From IMG/VR virus record IMGVR_UViG_2874854922_000002: a stretch of DNA of 64,000 bases, one strand, 5' to 3'. The notes beneath the pieces are model-generated. The model saw only the letters and a list, made by a program, of their open reading frames with translations. It made no database searches and was not told the DNA's origin. Shown here piece after piece: positions 28,003 to 37,886 of this stretch. This stretch comes from an uncultured virus (IMG/VR IMGVR_UViG_2874854922_000002) (lineage: Duplodnaviria > Heunggongvirae > Uroviricota > Caudoviricetes). The translations under genes and the position numbers were made by a program. Numbering within the stretch: the stretch's first letter is position 1; every line of letters begins with the position of its first letter.

Positions 28003-30436
28003 TAACCTGAGGCTTGAGGTATTGCTGAAAGCGGTCGACCAGGCGACCCGACCGCTTAAATCCATCCAGACCGCGAGTAAATCCCTCTCGGGTGATATTC
28101 GCGACACACAAAAAGGGCTGCGTGACCTGAACGGTCAGGCATCGAAAATCGACGGCTTTCGTAAGGCAAGCGCGCAACTGGCCGTAACCAGCCAGTCGCT
28201 TGAGAAAGCGAAACGCGAAGCCGGTGAACTGGCCGTGCAGTTTAAAAACACCACCAGTCCGACCCGGGCGCAGGCGCAGGCACTCGACGCTGCAAAGCGT
28301 GCTGCCTCTGAGTTGCAGACGAAATACAACAGCCTGCGAACATCGGTACAGCGACAGCGCTCAGAGCTGATGCAGGCCGGTATCAATACCCGCACCCTGT
28401 CTGCCGATGAGCGTCGGCTCAAAACCTCCATTAGCGAAACGACGGCGCAGCTTAACCGCCAGCGTGAGGCACTGGCGCGCGTCAGTGCGCAGCAGGCAAA
28501 ACTAAACCGGGTACAGGAGCGATATAAATCTGGTAAGGGGCTTGCCGGTAACATGGCCGCAGCAGGTGCTGCCGGGGTCGGTATCGCGACAGCGGGAACG
28601 ATGGCCGGGGTTAAATTACTGATGCCCGGTTATGACTTTGCGCAGAAAAATTCCGAGCTGCAGGCCGTGCTCGGGGTCGATAAGCAGTCGCCAGAAATGG
28701 AGGCGCTACGCAAACAGGCTCGCCAGCTCGGCGACAATACTGCCGCCTCTGCAGATGACGCAGCGAGTGCGCAAATCATCATTGCGAAAAGCGGCGGTGA
28801 CGCTGCTGCCATTCAGGCGGCGACGCCAGTCACGCTGAACATGGCGCTATCAAACCGGCGCTCAATGGAGGAAAACGCTGCACTGCTGACCGGGATGAAA
28901 TCAGCGTTTCAACTTTCAAACGACAAGATTGCTCACATTGGCGACGTTCTCTCGATGACGATGAACAAAACCGCCGCCGATTTTGACGGACTGAGCGACG
29001 CGCTGACCTATGCCGCGCCAGTGGCGAAAAATGCCGGGGTGAGCATCGAGCAAACCGCCGCAATGGTCGGTGCGCTGCACGACGCCAAAATTACCGGGTC
29101 AATGGCGGGTACGGGTAGCCGCGCCATTCTAAGCCGCCTGCAGGCTCCCACCGGAAAAGCGTTTGAGGCCATTAAGGAACTCGGCGTCAAAACGTCCGAC
29201 AGCAAGGGGAACACACGCCCGATATTCTCCATCCTGAAAGAAATGCAGCGCAGCTTTGAGAAAAACAACCTCGGGACAAGCCAGCGCGGCGAGTACATGA
29301 AAACCATTTTCGGCGAGGAGGCCAGCTCGGCGGCGGCGGTGCTGATGGAAGCAGCCTCAAGCGGCAAACTTGACCGGCTCACTGCCGCGTTTAAAGCCTC
29401 GGACGGTAAAACCGAGGAACTGGTTAAGGTTATGCAGGATAACCTCGGCGGCGACTTTAAAGAGTTCCAGTCGGCTTATGAGGCAGTCGGTACCGACCTT
29501 TTTGACCAGCAAGAGGGCTCGCTGCGTAAACTCACCCAAACCGCCACACAATATGTGTTAAAGCTCGACGGCTGGATCCAGAAAAACAAAGGTCTGGCGA
29601 CAACTATCGGCATTATTGCCGGAGGCGCACTTGCTCTGATTGGAATCATCGGCGGCATCGGTCTCGTTGCATGGCCGGTTGTCATGGGGATTAATGCCAT
29701 TATCGCCGCTGCTGGCGTGCTGGGTACGGTCTTTACCGTCGCCGGTGGTGCCATTGTGACAGCGCTCGGTGCGATTACCTGGCCGATTGTGGCCGTCGGT
29801 GCGGCGATTGTGGCCGGGGCGCTACTCATCCGCAAATATTGGGAGCCCATCAGCGCATTTTTCTCGGGGGTGATTGAGGGCATCATGAGTGCCTTTGCAC
29901 CGGTCGGGGAAATGTTCGCTCCATTAGCTCCCATCTTTGACGGACTTGGTGAGAAGCTGCGCGGCGTCTGGCAATGGTTTAAAGACCTGATTGCACCAGT
30001 CAAGGCCACGCAGGAAGCGCTCGATAGCTGCAAAAATGTCGGCGTTATATTTGGTCAGGCACTGGCCTCTGCCTTGATGGCTCCGCTAAATGTTTTTAAC
30101 AAGCTGCGCAGCGGTGTCGACTGGCTTCTCGAAAAACTCGGCATCATCAACAAGGAATCGGACAGCCTCGACCAGACTGCCGCCAAAACCAACGCCGCCA
30201 CGCAGGGTAATTCATACATCCCGGCAACCAGTACATATGGCGGCTATCAGGCTTACCAGCCAGTTACCGCACCGGCGGGACGCTCTTACATTGACCAGAG
30301 TAAAAGTGAATACAACATCACTCTGCCGGGAGGTGTTGCACCGGGGCATCAGCTTGACAGACAGCTACGCGACACGCTCGAACAGATTGAGCGCGAAAAG
30401 CGTGCGCGTCAGCGTGCCAGTATGGGTCATGACTGA
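27995..30436 (+). CDS. T: Tape measure protein
   Basis: 813 aa helical protein after E'. Confidence 0.95.
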   Translation: MSNNLRLEVLLKAVDQATRPLKSIQTASKSLSGDIRDTQKGLRDLNGQASKIDGFRKASAQLAVTSQSLEKAKREAGELAVQFKNTTSPTRAQAQALDAAKRAASELQTKYNSLRTSVQRQRSELMQAGINTRTLSADERRLKTSISETTAQLNRQREALARVSAQQAKLNRVQERYKSGKGLAGNMAAAGAAGVGIATAGTMAGVKLLMPGYDFAQKNSELQAVLGVDKQSPEMEALRKQARQLGDNTAASADDAASAQIIIAKSGGDAAAIQAATPVTLNMALSNRRSMEENAALLTGMKSAFQLSNDKIAHIGDVLSMTMNKTAADFDGLSDALTYAAPVAKNAGVSIEQTAAMVGALHDAKITGSMAGTGSRAILSRLQAPTGKAFEAIKELGVKTSDSKGNTRPIFSILKEMQRSFEKNNLGTSQRGEYMKTIFGEEASSAAAVLMEAASSGKLDRLTAAFKASDGKTEELVKVMQDNLGGDFKEFQSAYEAVGTDLFDQQEGSLRKLTQTATQYVLKLDGWIQKNKGLATTIGIIAGGALALIGIIGGIGLVAWPVVMGINAIIAAAGVLGTVFTVAGGAIVTALGAITWPIVAVGAAIVAGALLIRKYWEPISAFFSGVIEGIMSAFAPVGEMFAPLAPIFDGLGEKLRGVWQWFKDLIAPVKATQEALDSCKNVGVIFGQALASALMAPLNVFNKLRSGVDWLLEKLGIINKESDSLDQTAAKTNAATQGNSYIPATSTYGGYQAYQPVTAPAGRSYIDQSKSEYNITLPGGVAPGHQLDRQLRDTLEQIEREKRARQRASMGHD

Positions 30437-30448
30437 GAGGAATAAACG

Positions 30449-30934
30449 ATGATGCTTGCGCTTGGAATGTTTGTGTTTGAACTCCGCACCCTGCCTTATC
30501 AGTCGATGCAGCACTCGAAGGATTACCGCTGGGCGTCTAATGACAGAGTAGGTAAACCGCCTGCGTATCAGTTTCTCGGTAAGGGGGAAAACGCGATCCA
30601 GCTTGCCGGTACGCTTTACCCTGCTATTACCGGCGGTCGTATATCCCTACTTGCTGTTGAGCTGATGGCCGACGAGGGCAGAGCATGGCCGCTTATTGAG
30701 GGAACCGGCAATATCTTCGGGATGTATATCGTCGATAAGGTGTCGACCACGCATACCGAGTTTTTCAGCGACGGCGCGGCCAGAAAGATTGATTTCACCC
30801 TTTCGCTGAAACGGGTCGACGAATCACTGACGGCAATGTTTGGCGACCTGAATAAGCAGGCCAGCGAGCTACTCGGCTCTGCCGGTAATCTGACTGATAA
30901 GCTGCAGGGTGCGCTCGGAGGGCTAACCGCATGA
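30449..30934 (+). CDS. U: Tail protein U
   Basis: MMLALGMFVF, WPLIEGTG. Confidence 0.94.
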   Translation: MMLALGMFVFELRTLPYQSMQHSKDYRWASNDRVGKPPAYQFLGKGENAIQLAGTLYPAITGGRISLLAVELMADEGRAWPLIEGTGNIFGMYIVDKVSTTHTEFFSDGAARKIDFTLSLKRVDESLTAMFGDLNKQASELLGSAGNLTDKLQGALGGLTA

Positions 30935-32100
30935 TTACGGGCATGACCATTGACGCCGGTACCAGCCTTGCACCGGCATTTATGCTGACGCTGAACAGTC
31001 AGGACATTACCAGCAATTTTAGTGACCGGCTGATTTCTCTCACCATGACCGACAACAGGGGCTTTGAAGCTGACCAGCTCGACATTGAGCTCGACGACAC
31101 CGACGGCAAAGTCGATTTACCTCTGCGCGGGGCTGTGCTGACGCTGTGGCTTGGCTGGCAGGGTTCGGCGCTTCTGAATAAGGGCGATTTCACTGTCGAT
31201 GAGATTGAGCACCGGGGCGCGCCTGATACCCTGACCATTCGGGCGCGTAGTGCAGATTTTCGCGGAACGCTCAATTCACGGCGTGAGGAGTCATGGCACG
31301 ACACCACCCTCGGTGAGCTGGTCAGCACCATTGCAAAACGCAATAAACTGACGGCCAGTGTCGCGGATTCGCTGAAAAAAATACCGGTACCGCATATCGA
31401 CCAGTCGCAGGAGTCCGACGCCGTATTTCTGACCCGACTGGCTGACCGCAATGGGGCGGCGGTGTCAGTGAAAGCGGGGAAACTCCTGTTTCTGAAAGCC
31501 GGTAGCGCAATGACGGCCAGCGGCAAGCCCGTCCCGCAAATGACGCTGACCCGCAGCGATGGTGACCGTCATCAGTTTGCCATTGCCGACCGTGGGGCTT
31601 ATACCGGCGTAACGGCAAAATGGTTGCACACCAAAGACCCGAAGCCGCAAAAGCAAAAAGTGACGCTGAAACGTAAGCCAAAAGAGAAGCACCTGCGTGC
31701 ACTGGAGCATCCGAAAGCAAAGCCAGTCAGCAAAAAGGCAAAGGTCAAAAAAGAGCCGGAGGCGCGCGAGGGTGAGTATATGGCAGGTGAGGCTGATAAC
31801 GTGCTGGCGCTGACGACGGTCTACGCATCAAAGGCGCAGGCGATGCGCGCCGCTCAGGCTAAATGGGATAAGCTGCAGCGAGGCGTTGCGGAGTTTTCAA
31901 TTACGCTGGCGCTTGGTAGGGCTGATTTATTCCCTGAGGTACCGGTGCGCGTATCAGGCTTTAAGCGCGTCATAGACGAGCAATCTTGGTTAATCAGTAA
32001 GGTGACTCACAATCTGAACAATAGCGGCTTCACGACGGGCTTAGAGCTTGAGGTTAAACTCTCTGATGTGGAGTACAGCGCGGAATCGGATGATGAATAA
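30931..32100 (+). CDS. D: Late control/baseplate hub D
   Basis: TDNRGFEADQLDI, IDQSQESD. Confidence 0.94.
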   Translation: MITGMTIDAGTSLAPAFMLTLNSQDITSNFSDRLISLTMTDNRGFEADQLDIELDDTDGKVDLPLRGAVLTLWLGWQGSALLNKGDFTVDEIEHRGAPDTLTIRARSADFRGTLNSRREESWHDTTLGELVSTIAKRNKLTASVADSLKKIPVPHIDQSQESDAVFLTRLADRNGAAVSVKAGKLLFLKAGSAMTASGKPVPQMTLTRSDGDRHQFAIADRGAYTGVTAKWLHTKDPKPQKQKVTLKRKPKEKHLRALEHPKAKPVSKKAKVKKEPEAREGEYMAGEADNVLALTTVYASKAQAMRAAQAKWDKLQRGVAEFSITLALGRADLFPEVPVRVSGFKRVIDEQSWLISKVTHNLNNSGFTTGLELEVKLSDVEYSAESDDE

Positions 32101-32104
32101 AATG

Positions 32105-32155
32105 TATTCACAAAAAGTGAGTTGATGATTATCATTGTTTCACTAATTGAGAATA
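32105..32155. promoter_or_regulatory. Paired CI-type operators at the B/ogr promoter
   Basis: TATTCAC-N5-GTGAGTT and TTTCAC-N5-GAGAATA, about 32 bp apart. Confidence 0.6.
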
Positions 32156-32166
32156 AGGGGTGGGTT

Positions 32167-32385
32167 ATGTTTCATTGTCCGAAGTGCCATCATGCCGCAC
32201 ATGCGCGAACAAGCCGCTATCTAACCGAAAATACGAAAGAGCGCTACCACCAGTGCCAGAACATCAACTGCAGTTGCACGTTTATGACAATGGAAACGAT
32301 AGAACGCTTTATTGTTACTCCGGGAGCCATTGACCCGGCACCGCCGCACCCGACTGTCGGTGGTCAGCGGCCATTGTGGCTCTGA
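32167..32385 (+). CDS. ogr: Late gene activator (186 B / P2 Ogr family)
   Basis: CPKC...YHQCQNINCSCTF zinc finger, 72 aa. Confidence 0.95.
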   Translation: MFHCPKCHHAAHARTSRYLTENTKERYHQCQNINCSCTFMTMETIERFIVTPGAIDPAPPHPTVGGQRPLWL

Positions 32386-32490
32386 TAAATTTTCGCTAAA
32401 TGCCCGCTGCGTGCGGGTTTTTTTATGCCCTCAGCAAAGTGGCGGTAAAAAATCCACCGCCATTCTATCGCCACTCGAAAACGAGGTAAC

Positions 32491-32518
32491 AAAAAGGCCA
32501 CTCGCGAGAGTGGCCTAA
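32491..32518 (-). terminator. Terminator downstream of the tRNA fragment
   Basis: AGGCCACTC...GAGTGGCCT stem, U tract on minus strand. Confidence 0.75.
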
Positions 32519-32542
32519 CTGTATGTATTTATTGCTTAAATT

Positions 32543-32589
32543 TGGTGGCCCCTGCTGGACTTGAACCAGCGACCAAGCGATTATGAGTC
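32543..32589 (-). other. att core: 3' 47 nt of tRNA-Ile(CAT), not an intact tRNA
   Basis: Minus strand GACTCATAATCGCTTGGTCGCTGGTTCAAGTCCAGCAGGGGCCACCA; the 5' half is absent. Confidence 0.93.
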
Positions 32590-32628
32590 CGAACCGTATT
32601 CCATTAAAAACAATGATTTACAGTAAAT

Positions 32629-33714
32629 TCAAGCGCATAGGATTTCGTATATTGTCGAAAAGTATTGCATAGTGCTGCGCTGTGCTGCCATTTTGCTGCC
32701 ACCAATTAGGTTTAAGGGGTTAAGTTGAACCGCTTCTGTTAGATGGTCGGGGGCAAAGTGAGCATACCGCATTGTAACTTTAATATCCGTATGTCCAAGG
32801 ATGCGTTGTAAGACCAGAATATTGCCGCCGCCCATCATGAAATGGCTGGCAAAAGTATGTCGTAGAACGTGCGACAGCTGGCCGTCTGGCAGCTCTATTC
32901 CTGCGCGCTTTATCGCGCTCCTGAATGCTGAATAACATCCGGTAAAGAGTGGCTTCGAGGTTCGGCTTTTAGGTAGCAATTCGTAAAGCTCATCACTGAT
33001 TGGAACCGCACGGTTTTTCTTACCTTTCGTTTTGATAAAGGTTATTTTGCCGGGGCTTATCTGCTTACCAGTTAAGCTTTCAGCCTCTCCCCATCTTGCG
33101 CCGGTCGCAAGGCAGATTTTGACAATCGTGGTTAAATCACCTGCTTTGCTTTTCTCGCATTCCTCAAGCAAGCGCGTCGCTTCCTCAACTGTAAGCCAGG
33201 CTAGCTCAACTTCTGCAATCTTAAACTCTCTGACGTTTTCGAGAGGGTTTGGAGCTGTCCAGTCATCAAGTCTTTTCAGCTCGTTGAACATAGCCCGAAA
33301 GTAAGCCAGTTCAAGGTTTACCGTGCGAGGGGTCACGGACTTGACGCGATCTGAGCGGGTTATTTTTCCGCTTAACCGCTGTTCTCTGTACGTTGAGAAT
33401 AATTTAGCGTTGAATTCAGTTGCGAGGGGATCGCCCATAGCGAGACAGGCAAACTCCATTGCGCCTTTACGCTTCTCGCCATCAGCAAGTGTTACACCAT
33501 GTGCGTTATACCATGCTGTAACCAAATCCCGAACGCGGCGTTTGTCTGTCTTCTCACCCAGCCACGGCTTATCCTGAGCTTGATCCTTTACATGGCGCTC
33601 GAATGCCAAGGCTTCGCCCTTAGTGGCAAACTGGCGCCGGATGCGTTTTCCATCGCGCCCGTTTGGGAATACCTGGGCTTGCCACTTGCCATTGGCGAGT
33701 TTGCTTACGGCCAC
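32629..33714 (-). CDS. int: Tyrosine integrase (186/HP1-like)
   Basis: TGAR, HVLRH, LGH, MRYAH; C-terminal tail runs into att arm repeats. Confidence 0.96.
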   Translation of the reverse strand: MAVSKLANGKWQAQVFPNGRDGKRIRRQFATKGEALAFERHVKDQAQDKPWLGEKTDKRRVRDLVTAWYNAHGVTLADGEKRKGAMEFACLAMGDPLATEFNAKLFSTYREQRLSGKITRSDRVKSVTPRTVNLELAYFRAMFNELKRLDDWTAPNPLENVREFKIAEVELAWLTVEEATRLLEECEKSKAGDLTTIVKICLATGARWGEAESLTGKQISPGKITFIKTKGKKNRAVPISDELYELLPKSRTSKPLFTGCYSAFRSAIKRAGIELPDGQLSHVLRHTFASHFMMGGGNILVLQRILGHTDIKVTMRYAHFAPDHLTEAVQLNPLNLIGGSKMAAQRSTMQYFSTIYEILCA

Positions 33715-33736
33715 TTAATTAATCTCCCGTTTGGTA

Positions 33737-34351
33737 TCAAACAAACTGCTCAGTTTTGCTTATCACCTTGCCTAATACTTTTACGTCAGAAGCTGCGCAC
33801 TCAAATGATGCAGGGCCATTTTCAACTCTTAACTTGCCGCCAGGTAGTCGGTAAATCTGTCTGACACTGGCAAAGCCGTCGATCTCGATGAGCAAAACAC
33901 CATCATTGATTTCGCCCTTATATTCATCAACGAGATAAACCACGGATTCGAACTTCACAAAGAAGGGCGCTAATGCGTCTTTTGGTAATAGGTTCGAATC
34001 GTAATGAACCACAATCGACTCGTTGAAGACCCCATTTGTGATTTCTTTAAGTTTCAAAGTTAAACTTTGAGAGTCATTTTTTTCGCTTGTTGGTTTGCCC
34101 TGCCCGGTAGCCAGCCAAAGCATCGGCGCACCAGTGTCTAGATGACATGCGATTAGCCAATCATGCGGGAAGGTATCGCGCATCCAGCGGTTTGCCATAG
34201 TGCTTTGGGAAACACCCAGGTGCTCACATAGAGCCTGTCTTGTGCTGAATCCGTAAGCTTGAAGAATGCGCGTTATCGCATCTTTGCCACCGCTTTGAGA
34301 TGAAAAATTAAATGCAGAAATCGCGCGTGGGGTTTCTTTTGCGTTTGACAT
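33737..34351 (-). CDS. cI: CI repressor, divergent from CI of prophage 1
   Basis: AYGF...QSTMANRW HTH, LWLATG. Confidence 0.9.
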   Translation of the reverse strand: MSNAKETPRAISAFNFSSQSGGKDAITRILQAYGFSTRQALCEHLGVSQSTMANRWMRDTFPHDWLIACHLDTGAPMLWLATGQGKPTSEKNDSQSLTLKLKEITNGVFNESIVVHYDSNLLPKDALAPFFVKFESVVYLVDEYKGEINDGVLLIEIDGFASVRQIYRLPGGKLRVENGPASFECAASDVKVLGKVISKTEQFV

Positions 34352-34388
34352 ATCAGTTTTGCGATCCTATCATCGGTCTTGTGATGTT

Positions 34389-34415
34389 CGGAATAAGTGC
34401 GAATACATCCGAATA
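34389..34415 (+). promoter_or_regulatory. Putative Cox/Apl direct-repeat array
   Basis: GAATA at 34391, 34401 and 34411 (10-bp period). Confidence 0.55.
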
Positions 34416-34451
34416 GTGAAGTTTAAAACACAAACTGAGGAATAGTGCATC

Positions 34452-34688
34452 ATGAAACGACAATTATCAATGCGCCCCAGCATTAACCTTGTGGTGTCAG
34501 AACCATATATCACCCTTGATGAGTTCTGCCGCCGTACCGGTTACAAGCTCAGCTATGCCCGCCAGATGATTCGTGAAGGCCGTCTTCCGATCCGTAAGAA
34601 AGAAAACGCAAACGGTCTGGTTGAAGTGAACATGTTCGCGTTAACGATGGAAGCAGCTCAGGGCTGTGAAGTCGCAATGCAAGCCTGA
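34452..34688 (+). CDS. Cox/Apl-like excisionase
   Basis: ITLDEFCRRTG...GRLP winged HTH, divergent from cI. Confidence 0.85.
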   Translation: MKRQLSMRPSINLVVSEPYITLDEFCRRTGYKLSYARQMIREGRLPIRKKENANGLVEVNMFALTMEAAQGCEVAMQA

Positions 34689-34722
34689 TAGTTCCATTTT
34701 GGGATAGAAAAGGACTCACAGC

Positions 34723-35232
34723 ATGTTTGATTATCGCGTTTCCAAACATCCTCACTTTGATGAAGCTTGCCGCGTTTTCGCACTGCGTCACAACATGGCG
34801 AAGCTGGCAGACCGCGCAGGAATAAAGGTCCAGACGCTGCGCAACAAGCTTAACCCTGAGCAGCCCCATCAGCTCACGCCGCCGGAAATCTGGTTACTGA
34901 CGGATATCACTGAGGACTCCACGCTGGTTGATGGTTTCTTGGCTCAAATTCATTGCCTGCCGTGCGTTCCTACGAACGAAGTGGCAAAAGAAAAACTTCC
35001 GCATTACGTCATGAGCGCGACAGCTGAAATTGGTCGTGTGGCTGCAGGTGCTGTGTCCGGTGAAGTAGGGACTACAGCTGGCCGCCGTGATGTGATCAGT
35101 AGCATCAACTCTGTCACCCGCCTTATGGCGTTGGCTGCGATCTCCATGCAGGCACGTCTGCAGGCTAACCCAGCTATGGCTAGCACTATTGATACGGTTA
35201 CAGGTATCAGTGCGACTTTCGGGTTTATGTGA
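34723..35232 (+). CDS. cII: CII
   Basis: Homologous to 4818-5327. Confidence 0.92.
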   Translation: MFDYRVSKHPHFDEACRVFALRHNMAKLADRAGIKVQTLRNKLNPEQPHQLTPPEIWLLTDITEDSTLVDGFLAQIHCLPCVPTNEVAKEKLPHYVMSATAEIGRVAAGAVSGEVGTTAGRRDVISSINSVTRLMALAAISMQARLQANPAMASTIDTVTGISATFGFM

Positions 35233-35239
35233 GGTTGTC

Positions 35240-35464
35240 ATGCTGAAAAATGAACCTTCTTTTGCCTCGCTCCTGAAAAAGCAAAGTCCGGCAATGCACT
35301 ACGGCCACGGCTGGATTGCAGGAGATAACGGCAAGCGCTGGCACCCATGCCGCGATCAGTCCGAATTATTAAACGGGCTGAAAACAAAAACGGCGAAGCC
35401 GTTAGCTTTTTTAATTATTCGCATTTTTCGCTTGGTTATGAAAGGAGTGAAACATGTCTCGTAA
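35240..35464 (+). CDS. fil: Fil-family protein
   Basis: EPSFASLLKKQSPAMHYGHGWI. Confidence 0.75.
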   Translation: MLKNEPSFASLLKKQSPAMHYGHGWIAGDNGKRWHPCRDQSELLNGLKTKTAKPLAFLIIRIFRLVMKGVKHVS

Positions 35465-35654
35465 TGACCTGAGAATTATTCTAGGCGTAATCATCCCAAA
35501 TATGGCTGATGGTTTTGAAATTAAAACCCGTGACGGTGCTGTTTTGCGTGTCGATCCTGAATGGGATTGCTGCAAGGCATTTAAAGAAGGGTTGCAGACT
35601 GAAATCATTAACCAGCTTAAAAGTATGCCGGTCCCTGTTTCTGGATATATCTAA
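35454..35654 (+). CDS. Dhr-like early protein
   Basis: 66 aa after fil; resembles 186 dhr as recalled (GFEIKTRDGAVLRVDPEW). Confidence 0.6.
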   Translation: MSRNDLRIILGVIIPNMADGFEIKTRDGAVLRVDPEWDCCKAFKEGLQTEIINQLKSMPVPVSGYI

Positions 35655-35723
35655 GTAATTAATTCGTTTTTTATGGCGTAAACCCGCCGGGCATTTTTTT
35701 GCCCGAATTCTGAGGAAATAAAT

Positions 35724-35957
35724 ATGAAAAATACCAAAACCCACTCAACGAAAACAGGCCCAGACGATGCTGGCCTGTTCGCTTTGTTGAATGAAACGCG
35801 CCTGGATGAGCGCCGTTGCCGCGCTGATGCAATGGCGGCTCGTCTGGATAGTCTGGCCGTGCGCATCGTTTCCCGTCAGTTGAGCCATATCGAGGCGGCC
35901 GAACTGCTTCGCGTTGAAGCTGTACGCATCCAGAACGAAGCGCAGGAGCTGCATTAA
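35724..35957 (+). CDS. DUF2732-like protein
   Basis: EAAELLRVEA...ELH. Confidence 0.8.
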   Translation: MKNTKTHSTKTGPDDAGLFALLNETRLDERRCRADAMAARLDSLAVRIVSRQLSHIEAAELLRVEAVRIQNEAQELH

Positions 35958-36184
35958 TGGCTGATTCAATGGACCTCGCCCAGCTGCGTGAACAGGAAGA
36001 TCGTGAGCGCCATATCAACAATGCCCGCGCCAAAGTGCCGGGCGTTTCCCGTGTTCTCTGTGCGGAGTGTGATGCTCCGATTCCGCCAGCTCGCCGCCGC
36101 GCTATTCCGGGCGTGCAGTGCTGTGTGACCTGTCAGGAAATCGCAGAGTTAAAAGGCAAGCACTACAACGGAGGCGTTGTATGA
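35957..36184 (+). CDS. TraR/DksA C4 zinc-finger protein
   Basis: CAEC...CVTCQ. Confidence 0.9.
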   Translation: MADSMDLAQLREQEDRERHINNARAKVPGVSRVLCAECDAPIPPARRRAIPGVQCCVTCQEIAELKGKHYNGGVV

Positions 36185-37053
36185 GCACTATCCTGAAATG
36201 GGCGGGAAACAAAACCGCCATTATGTCCGAACTGAAAAAGTATCTCCCAGCTGGCCCGCGATTGGTTGAACCTTTCGCGGGTTCTTGCGCTGTGATGATG
36301 GCAACAGACTATCCTCATTATCTTGTCGCAGATATCAATCCAGATTTAATTAACCTGTATCGTACTATTGCCGAAGATACAGAAAACTTTATTAATCTTG
36401 CAAAAGGGGTATTTGAAAGTTTTGTTGTTGCAGAAAATTATTACCGTGTGCGAGAGGGTTTTAATCACGACAAGAAATTAGACCGTCTTCACCGTGCGGT
36501 ATATTTCCTTTATCTGAATCGACATTGTTACCGTGGATTATGCCGCTACAACCAAAGTGGGGTTTTTAATGTTCCTTATGGGAATTATAAAAAGCCATAT
36601 TTTCCTGAGAATGAAGTTCGCGCATTTGCTCAGAAAGCAAAGCGCGCAACTTTTGTTTGTGCAAGTTATGAAGAAACGTTGGCAATGGTTAAGCGTGGCG
36701 ATGTCGTATATTGCGATCCACCATACGACGAAACTTTTACGGGTTATCACACAAAAGGATTCAATGAGGATAACCAGTATCACCTTGCCTCAATTCTTCT
36801 TCATCTTTCCTCGTTGGGGCACAGCGTTGTCGTGTCCAATAGTGACACTCAGCTAACGCGCTCTCTTTATCGTGATCTTAAAATCTTTGAAATTGATGCA
36901 AAGCGGAGCATGGGCGTAGCAGGGGGGGAAGCAAAAACCGCCAGGGAAATTATCGCCGTCTCTAAATCATCTTGTGCCGTTGTCGATGAATGGCCGCTGT
37001 ATGGAGTTGATTACGCGGCTTGCGCAGCTCCAAATCAGGGGGCTGGGTTCTAG
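36181..37053 (+). CDS. dam: Dam-family N6-adenine MTase (MTase 1)
   Basis: LKWAGNK, EPFAGS, GLCRYNQSG, YCDPPY. Confidence 0.93.
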   Translation: MSTILKWAGNKTAIMSELKKYLPAGPRLVEPFAGSCAVMMATDYPHYLVADINPDLINLYRTIAEDTENFINLAKGVFESFVVAENYYRVREGFNHDKKLDRLHRAVYFLYLNRHCYRGLCRYNQSGVFNVPYGNYKKPYFPENEVRAFAQKAKRATFVCASYEETLAMVKRGDVVYCDPPYDETFTGYHTKGFNEDNQYHLASILLHLSSLGHSVVVSNSDTQLTRSLYRDLKIFEIDAKRSMGVAGGEAKTAREIIAVSKSSCAVVDEWPLYGVDYAACAAPNQGAGF

Positions 37054-37055
37054 TT

Positions 37056-37886
37056 ATGACGGGGATATTGCGCCAGGTTCATCATTATCATGGAACTCCA
37101 ATATGGGGAGCTTCTGGTGACGTTCACCGAATTGCGGTAAGCGGAGCCGGAGCTTTCGTTTCATATGCCAGACCAGACCAGATTACTGCTTCTATACGAT
37201 ATGCCTCAGGAGTAGGAATTGATAACGGTGCGTTCTCTGCTTGGATGCGTGGTCTGGTGATTGACTGGCGCAGTTTCTATCAATGGTTGCTGCAATATTA
37301 TCACCATGAAAAAGTGATTTTTTTTGTTATTCCTGATGTGGTTGAAGGTGGGGAAAGGGACAACGACGAGCTAATAAAGCAAGTTCCTTCCATGTTTAAG
37401 GATAAAGCCGCACCTGTCTGGCATTTGCATGAGTCCTTAGAACGTTTGGTGGAATTGTGCAGGGAGTGGCCCCGTGTTTGTTTTGGTTCTTCGGGACAAT
37501 ACGCAGTAGTAAGAACCCAGGCCTGGCATCGAAGGATGTTTGAGGCTTTCGACGTTATTTATGGTCGTTATGGTTTTGATACAAAAATTCATGGCCTCCG
37601 CATGTTGGATGGGCGCGTGCTGGGTAATTACCCTTTGGATAGCGCTGATTCCACAAATCTTGCCTGCAATATTCCAAAGTTCGAGACCAAATATCCTGAA
37701 TTAACACGTTCAATACGCGAAGCGGACTATTCAAAAGGGTTGAGTGAGAACGAAGTTAAGGCGCTCATTCTGAAAGGCCGTTGTGCAGTTCTGAAAAGTA
37801 CAATCGAAAAAGTTTTTCCTCCGCATCGCTCAACGTGGCCTTGTGGTTTCGCTCATACCCTCCAGTTACCTCTGGAGCTTGTATGA
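37056..37886 (+). CDS. TGT/DpdA-like TIM-barrel protein (putative base-exchange enzyme)
   Basis: Ordered motifs IDNGAF, IPDV, PVWH, CFGS, IHGL, DSADS; 276 aa; overlaps start of A. Confidence 0.7.
   Translation: MTGILRQVHHYHGTPIWGASGDVHRIAVSGAGAFVSYARPDQITASIRYASGVGIDNGAFSAWMRGLVIDWRSFYQWLLQYYHHEKVIFFVIPDVVEGGERDNDELIKQVPSMFKDKAAPVWHLHESLERLVELCREWPRVCFGSSGQYAVVRTQAWHRRMFEAFDVIYGRYGFDTKIHGLRMLDGRVLGNYPLDSADSTNLACNIPKFETKYPELTRSIREADYSKGLSENEVKALILKGRCAVLKSTIEKVFPPHRSTWPCGFAHTLQLPLELV

Larger units (their letters stand above)
1..32589. mobile_element. Prophage 1, phage 186-like P2-family prophage (left att not in window)
   Basis: Complete P2/186 gene order from int to the late activator, 186-type cos, ends at tRNA-derived att core. 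Confidence 0.95.

Noticed and set aside
32543..32589. Intact tRNA-Met/Ile gene
   Set aside because: Only the anticodon loop to CCA is present; the D-arm and 5' acceptor strand are missing, so it is an att core
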